DNA of 42,729 bases from Methanothermococcus sp. SCGC AD-155-E23 (GTDB lineage: Archaea; AGJL01; Methanococci; Methanococcales; Methanococcaceae), in contig JAHEQA010000026.1 in the NCBI GenBank assembly GCA_019561615.1, forward strand, positions 1-42,729. Direction: 5' to 3'. Position 1 is the first letter of the stretch; every line of letters starts with the position of its first letter. Made by a program: the position numbers and the translations under genes. This document shows, one piece after another, positions 37,211 to 42,729 of the stretch. The notes under the pieces were generated by a model. It saw nothing but the letters and a program-made list of their open reading frames with translations, had not been told where the DNA came from and searched no databases.

Positions 37211-38434
37211 ATGAAGATCCAATTTCTAATCAATTCCTTAGTGTCTGGAGGGGCGGAAAGGGTAGCAGTTAATCTGTTAAATAAGTTATCCAAAAAGGGA
37301 TATACTGTATTTCTATATACCCTAGAAAAGGATAAACACTATAGTACCAGTAAAAATGTTTTATATAAGCCCCTATCTAATATCACTGGTGAAACCTCTA
37401 CTAGTATAAGAGTTTTTTACCTACCAGTTATAACACTTAAATATCTTATAGAGACCTTGAAGAATAAGCCAGATATTCTTCTCTCTTTTCTTGAACTCTC
37501 TAATTTTATAAGTATCTCTGTGGGTAAAGTGGTGTTGAATAAAAGGGTAGTGGCATCTGTACGAATTAACCCCTTAGTTATGTATCCCCATACCACCATC
37601 TATGGAAAAGTCCATAATTTTCTCATAAAGCTTCTTTATCCAAAGGCAGATAGAATTGTAGTAGTATCTAAGAAAATAAAGGATATTTTGTCACACTATT
37701 ATAACATTCCAGATGAAAAAATAGAAGTTATCTATAATCCTCACCTTATTCAAAACTACCTAAAACTTGCAGAGGAACCTATAGAAAATAAGTACAGAGA
37801 TATATTTAGAGACTCCTTCATATTTATAAACATAGGAAGATTAACAGAACAAAAGGGACAGTGGTTCTTAATAAGGGCATTTAAAAAAGTTGTTGAGAAA
37901 TATCCCAATGCCAAGTTGATAATTCTGGGAGAGGGAGAGTTGAGAGGTAAATTGGAGGATCTTGTAAAGAAACTTAACTTGGAGAATAACGTTTTTCTTC
38001 TAGGGGTCCATAAAAACCCCTTTAAATTTTTAAAGAATTCCCAGTGTTTTGTTCTTACTTCTTTATGGGAGGGGCTACCTAACACCCTAATAGAAGCCTT
38101 AACCCTAAACCTCCCCGTTATCTCCACAGACTGTGAAACTGGACCTAGAGAGATCCTAGCTCCAGAGTTGGATATAGAGGAGGAAGTGGAGTACCCCTAC
38201 TTTGGAAGATACGGGATACTTATAAAGCCCTTCCCAAGAGAATACCTCTTTGAAGATTTAGAGAAGAGACCCCTGATAGAGCAGGAGAAGGTATTGGCAG
38301 AACTGATGATTAGGATGATAGAGGATGAGGAGTTAAAGAGAAGATACTCCAGGGGGCTGGAGAGGGCCAGAGATTTTGATATAGAGAGGATTATAAGGAG
38401 ATGGGAGGAGGTGATAAAATTCCTAAGCTTTTAA
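37211..38434 (+). CDS. Glycosyltransferase family 4 (GT-B)
   Basis: SGGAERV, IGRL..QKG, FVLTS.WEGLPN.LIEA and PVISTDC motifs. Confidence 0.92.
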   Translation: MKIQFLINSLVSGGAERVAVNLLNKLSKKGYTVFLYTLEKDKHYSTSKNVLYKPLSNITGETSTSIRVFYLPVITLKYLIETLKNKPDILLSFLELSNFISISVGKVVLNKRVVASVRINPLVMYPHTTIYGKVHNFLIKLLYPKADRIVVVSKKIKDILSHYYNIPDEKIEVIYNPHLIQNYLKLAEEPIENKYRDIFRDSFIFINIGRLTEQKGQWFLIRAFKKVVEKYPNAKLIILGEGELRGKLEDLVKKLNLENNVFLLGVHKNPFKFLKNSQCFVLTSLWEGLPNTLIEALTLNLPVISTDCETGPREILAPELDIEEEVEYPYFGRYGILIKPFPREYLFEDLEKRPLIEQEKVLAELMIRMIEDEELKRRYSRGLERARDFDIERIIRRWEEVIKFLSF

Positions 38435-39594
38435 AAATAACAAGATAATAAATATTACTATAACAATACTATACACAATCCTGGCTACAACTGCTCCCAC
38501 TACTCCATAAAAATATACTCCCATAAAACTTAATGCTATAAGTAATAATGCAGAAAAAGTATTAAATTTATTTATCAATTTTCTTTTTTTTCTTTTATTA
38601 GAAAATTATAGGGTAATAAACTTAGAAAACTTACAAATGTTAAACAATACAACAAACTAATCCATATGTATTCCATGTATTTTGGATAAAACATGGAGTA
38701 TACAAGTGGAGCAGTTATAACATAAATTAATATAAACCCCACTATTATAAGTAGAGATTTTCTAAAATGTGTTATTACATCTCTTTTATTTAAGTTAGAT
38801 GATGTCATCTTTGGTAGTATAAGAGGGCTAAGAGTATTAACTAACAGCTCAAATTGACTAGGTAGTGTCATAACTACCCTAAATATGGCCAAATCAGAGA
38901 AATTTAAGAAGTAAGGTATGATCAAACTATCAAAATTATTCGCAATTCCCCATAAAATCATCGATTTACTTATACTTTTTCCAAATTTTATACTGGAGAG
39001 ATCTTCTTTATTATGTTCTATAAATTTCTTTACATAATATATACTAAAATATCTACAGATTAAGATTTGAGAGAGTACTGTTATCAGCACTATCCAAATT
39101 ACTGCCAATATATCAAATCTTTTTTTTCCGTAAAAAAATAATTATAATATATTGATATCACATAGAATGGAAAAAGAGAAGAGAGGATGACAAAAATAAC
39201 AGATAAGTTAAAATCACCTCTATAGTATTCGTAAATGGATAAACCTAGTATAAACAAACTACCTATCCAACTGTATTTAAAAACCTCTCTAAGTGCCTTA
39301 AAGTAGGTACCTTCATAGCCCTTTGTCACGGCCTGTACTATTGCAACTCCCATGCCAGGCAGGGCAAAGGTACCTGCAAGAACTAAAACAGTCATTATAA
39401 AATAGTACTCTCCAAGAGCTTCCCTGGATAACATATTGGCAAGGATTACACTTAGTACAAATCCCTTCAAAATACTAAAAAATTGGCCAAGGGATAACCA
39501 AAATCCTCCCCTTTATAAAGTATGGCAGGTCCAACCCTACCTTTGAGGAGTACTTCTTTGCCAGTAGATACACTTTCTCTTTCCACCTTCTCAT
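38423..39594 (-). pseudogene. Oligosaccharide flippase pseudogene with three frameshifts
   Basis: ATG 39594 overlaps the upstream GT4 stop (ATGA). Pieces read MRRWKEKVYLLAKKYSSKVGLDLPYFIK | GGFWLSLGQFFSILKGFVLSV...YFFT | KKRFDILAVIW...FLIKEKK | LINKFNTFS...YGVVGAVVAR...FLKA* (TAG 38423-38425). Shifts fall at about 39510, 39125 and 38585, each in or next to a homopolymer run. Confidence 0.85.
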
Positions 39595-40775
39595 TCCTCT
39601 CCCCTGACTAACTCCCTTAGGATTTTCTTATACTTCTCAATGGACACCTTCCAGTTAAAGTTCTCCTCTATAAGTTTCCTGGCCTCCCTACCACATTGAG
39701 CCATTAACTCTCTATCGTTAGTATATTCCATAATCCCTCTACATATCTCCTCTGGACTGTTGTCCCTTAGAAGTATCCCAGTTTTTCTATCAATTACTAC
39801 CTCATCTCCTCCCTCGTAGGGACTGGCTACAACAGGCTTTCCACAGCACATGGCTTGAAGTAAAGAGGTGGAAAGACCCCCTCCCCTATGAGATGGATGG
39901 ATATAGATGTCACAACTTTTAACTATTCCTATGGCCTCCTTAAAATCCTTCTTTCCAGTGAAATATATCCCTCTATCTAGATCCTCTCCCGCCAACTTTT
40001 TAAGGTACTCTAAATCCTCTCCGTATCCCACTATTATCAAAACACACTTATCCCTTATCTCCCTGGGAAGGAGTTTGTATCCCCTGATTAAGTTATCTAC
40101 CCCCTTCCACCTGTACAACCTTCCAACAAAACAGAGTTTTATCTTATCTTTAAACCTCTCCTTTATCTCCCTATTTTCAGGTATACTATCTATCTCCTGG
40201 ATCTCTATACCTCGGTATATCACTGGGATGTTGGGATCCTCCAAAAAGTTCTCCAGGATAAATCTCTTGACAGCCTTGGAAATTGCTACTACACAGTCAG
40301 CTTTTTTAAATATCAACTTTCCAAGGGTTTTGTCGTATATATAGGCTATCCTATTGACCAATCTATTACTTACCTTGACAAAGGCACTACCGTGCTCCAC
40401 ATGTACAACCTTTATCCCGGAAAATCTAAGTTTTGCAAAGAGAAGACCTAGAAGTGTATTGGAGAAAAACCTTGTTCTGGTCATTACCACGTGGAAGTTT
40501 ATCCCATAGAGGCCAAGGAACATCCTCCAGAACTTGATACTGAATATATTTGGAAGTGGGTAGTTTGGAATCACCTCAAAGGCTGGATAACGAAATACCT
40601 TAACGTTGTTGTACCTGATTTCAAACTCTTTATATTTGGGAATATTAGGGGCGAAGATATAGATGTTAAACTCCTCATCCTGGGAGAGGTGTTTAACAAA
40701 CTCATCTACATGGGTCTCCAATCCTCCAATATGGGGTATATAGTACCCTGGAAAAATGATAAGATTGATAGTCAT
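39591..40775 (-). CDS. Glycosyltransferase family 4
   Basis: PHIGGLETH, FVGRL..WKG, DIYIHPS..GGGL..SLLQAM.CGKPVVAS and TGIL motifs. Confidence 0.92.
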   Translation of the reverse strand: MTINLIIFPGYYIPHIGGLETHVDEFVKHLSQDEEFNIYIFAPNIPKYKEFEIRYNNVKVFRYPAFEVIPNYPLPNIFSIKFWRMFLGLYGINFHVVMTRTRFFSNTLLGLLFAKLRFSGIKVVHVEHGSAFVKVSNRLVNRIAYIYDKTLGKLIFKKADCVVAISKAVKRFILENFLEDPNIPVIYRGIEIQEIDSIPENREIKERFKDKIKLCFVGRLYRWKGVDNLIRGYKLLPREIRDKCVLIIVGYGEDLEYLKKLAGEDLDRGIYFTGKKDFKEAIGIVKSCDIYIHPSHRGGGLSTSLLQAMCCGKPVVASPYEGGDEVVIDRKTGILLRDNSPEEICRGIMEYTNDRELMAQCGREARKLIEENFNWKVSIEKYKKILRELVRGEE

Positions 40776-40784
40776 AATTTCCCT

Positions 40785-41561
40785 TTATATTAACATCCTA
40801 CTACCACTTCCATCTCTCCTGTACCTTCCAAACTCACTTATATACTTCAACTTATCCCCCCAGAACACTGGTCCATCCCTGCAGACACAGAGGCCCTCAG
40901 GGTCTAGGGCACAGTGACCACATAAACCTATACCACACTTCATATACCTCTCTAGAGACACCTGAACAGGAATCCCATACCTTTCCCCTATGTCCACTAC
41001 CTTCTTCATCATCAACTCTGGACCACAGGTTATTATAAGATGGAAGTTATTATCCTCCCTCAGTAAACTCTCCAACCTATCAGTTGTAAACCCAGGACAG
41101 CCAAGACTTCCATCATCTGTACATATTAGTAACTCCCCACATCTCCTGAACCTCTCTACAAAGAGTAACTCCTCCTTACTTCGAGCCCCAAGTATAGTAG
41201 TTACCTCAAAACCCTTCCTTGAGAACTCCTCCATGGCAGTTACCACAGGTACAGCTCCAATACCTCCAGCCACTCCAAGTATCCTATCCCCTAAAGGTTC
41301 AAAGGATGTGCCATAGGGTCCCCTAACACCTATGAGATCCCCCTCCTTTAGATTGTGCATGGCCTGGGTAAATCTACCCACCCTGGCAACTGTGAAACTT
41401 CTCTCAGAGGAGTATCCAAAGGGCTTCTCATCTACACCTGGAAGCCACAACATGGCAAATTGTCCAGGTCTAAATTTGAACTTTCTATCTAAGATAAAGG
41501 TCTTTACACTTGGAGTCTCAACTACTATCTCCTTTATTTCACAGATCTGAGGTCTCTCCAT
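40785..41561 (-). CDS. pyrK: Dihydroorotate dehydrogenase electron transfer subunit
   Basis: [25 protein letters not shown] and [14 protein letters not shown]...CVC.DGPVF ([2Fe-2S]). Confidence 0.93.
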   Translation of the reverse strand: MERPQICEIKEIVVETPSVKTFILDRKFKFRPGQFAMLWLPGVDEKPFGYSSERSFTVARVGRFTQAMHNLKEGDLIGVRGPYGTSFEPLGDRILGVAGGIGAVPVVTAMEEFSRKGFEVTTILGARSKEELLFVERFRRCGELLICTDDGSLGCPGFTTDRLESLLREDNNFHLIITCGPELMMKKVVDIGERYGIPVQVSLERYMKCGIGLCGHCALDPEGLCVCRDGPVFWGDKLKYISEFGRYRRDGSGSRMLI

Positions 41562-41908
41562 CCTATCCCTTTAAGATCCAACTTATAGTGGAAGCAGGAG
41601 TAATGCCCCTCATGACATGCCACTCCCTTCTGTTCCACTACGAAGAGGAGGGCATCTCCATCACAGTCCCTGTATATCTCCTTCACCTTCTGTACATTGC
41701 CACTCTCCTCACCCTTCTTCCAGAGTCTTTTCCTACTTGTGGAGTAGTAGTGCATATAACCAGTTTCAAGGGTCTTTTTCAAGGCCTCCCTATCCATAAA
41801 GGCTGTCATTAAGAGATTCTTATCCTCATCGGTAGTTATGGCTATTATTAGATCCTTTCCCTCTATCCTCCTAAATTTTAAACCCTTGATGATCTCATCT
41901 ATATCCAT
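41534..41908 (-). CDS. hisI: Phosphoribosyl-AMP cyclohydrolase
   Basis: YYS.SR..LW.KGE.SGN.Q, DCDGD and ACHEG..SCF motifs. Confidence 0.96.
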   Translation of the reverse strand: MDIDEIIKGLKFRRIEGKDLIIAITTDEDKNLLMTAFMDREALKKTLETGYMHYYSTSRKRLWKKGEESGNVQKVKEIYRDCDGDALLFVVEQKGVACHEGHYSCFHYKLDLKGIGWRDLRSVK

Positions 41909-41956
41909 ACTATCTCCTTTTATAGCAGTGGAGTCTTATTAACTATAAGAGGTGGG

Positions 41957-42118
41957 ATGATGAACAGGGGCCAGATATCCCTGGAGTTAAGTATACTGAT
42001 ACTTGCCGTTATACTTGGGGTAGTTATAGTTGGGGTTATTTTACTTGATAACGTAGTTAATATAACAGCTGTTGAGGATACTAGGGAGGTAGTACTTAGG
42101 GGATTTGTGGAGGAGTAA
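41957..42118 (+). CDS. Small class III signal peptide pilin-like protein (53 aa), absent from the ORF track
   Basis: Manual translation MMNRG/QISLELSILILAVILGVVIVGVILLDNVVNITAVEDTREVVLRGFVEE* shows RG/QxSxE, a hydrophobic helix and an NIT sequon. GAGGTG RBS upstream. Confidence 0.85.
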   Translation: MMNRGQISLELSILILAVILGVVIVGVILLDNVVNITAVEDTREVVLRGFVEE

Positions 42119-42123
42119 ATCTT

Positions 42124-42648
42124 TTACTCTCTCTTTAAAGGTGGTTTATGTATAAAGTGAAGTGCCAGTGCAAGCATAAGTATACTACCTGCCAGGCACA
42201 CCATATCTACTGGGGTGGTGTAATCTATATCCATTACCTTCTTAAAGAACCCTATAATTAAAACCATTATTACTACTTTACCAAGTTTATCCTTAAGTTC
42301 ATCTAGACTGTGAATTGCAAGGATCTTACCTCTCTCCTCCCTCTCATCTATCTCGCTTATAAAAAGTTCATAGATACCAAAGGAGAATATGAGCATAACC
42401 ACTGCAACGAGATAGAGATGTACTGCACCAATGATCTTCTCAATTAGTAAGTCATGAAAATTTGAAGGGCGATAACCTCCAAGAAAGAACATATACACCT
42501 TTTCACTGATAATCACAATATCGTAACTACCTATGAGGAAGAGGGAGATACTTCCAATCATTCCAAAGATAACAGCTAAAATAGCGATAAGCCTACACTT
42601 CCAGAGGGTACCCTCGAAAATAACCTCTAGAATATTCCTTTTCTTCAT
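42124..42648 (-). CDS. YqhA/UPF0114 family membrane protein
   Basis: LYL...V.LIF.FG.YELFIS.I and I.SLDELK.KL..VI.MVLI..FF motifs, 4 TM helices. Start ATG 42648 behind GTGAGGT. Confidence 0.85.
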   Translation of the reverse strand: MKKRNILEVIFEGTLWKCRLIAILAVIFGMIGSISLFLIGSYDIVIISEKVYMFFLGGYRPSNFHDLLIEKIIGAVHLYLVAVVMLIFSFGIYELFISEIDEREERGKILAIHSLDELKDKLGKVVIMVLIIGFFKKVMDIDYTTPVDMVCLAGSILMLALALHFIHKPPLKRE

Positions 42649-42729
42649 AACCTCACTCACCTTGATTGTATAGCAGGGAGAAATTTTAAACAATATCTTT
42701 TTATCCTTTTTGGTGATTCTATGGAATCC

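Noticed and set aside
1-42729. CRISPR arrays, IS elements, inteins, rRNA or other GC-rich ncRNA
   Set aside because: No periodic repeats, no transposase motifs, no oversized proteins with intein termini, and the only GC-rich structured island seen is the tRNA.
42712-42729. GGTGA RBS followed by ATG GAA TCC at 42721
   Set aside because: Probably the start of the next + strand gene, but only three codons are visible, so no call is possible.

Overview
Chromosomal segment of a thermophilic methanogenic archaeon, most likely order Methanococcales (inference from methanogenesis marker protein 7, cdhD/cdhE, EppA-type QxSxE pilins, archaeal TFS and Rpp30, GGTGA ribosome-binding sites and TTTATATA promoters). 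It holds two surface-glycan loci. The left locus is rfbA, an atypical SDR, rfbC, rfbD, a LUD/2x[4Fe-4S] protein and a flippase, with a divergent manC. The right locus is an epimerase, asnB and four glycosyltransferases, plus a frameshifted methyltransferase and a frameshifted flippase. Between them lie a seven-gene DUF1616 / MoxR-DUF58-DUF4350 membrane module, a wHTH regulator followed by a perfect palindrome and two pilin genes, tRNA-Gln(TTG), two large secreted proteins and housekeeping genes. Features absent from the ORF track are the 5' part of a flippase (1-834), a third 53-aa pilin-like gene (41957-42118), the tRNA and the full extent of two pseudogenes. The best candidates for undescribed biology are the rhamnose-like operon that lacks rmlB but carries a YxxxN SDR and a translationally coupled LUD Fe-S protein, and the putative regulator-operator-pilin module. 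No CRISPR array, transposase, integrase or intein was seen. All family calls come from motif recognition, not database searches.
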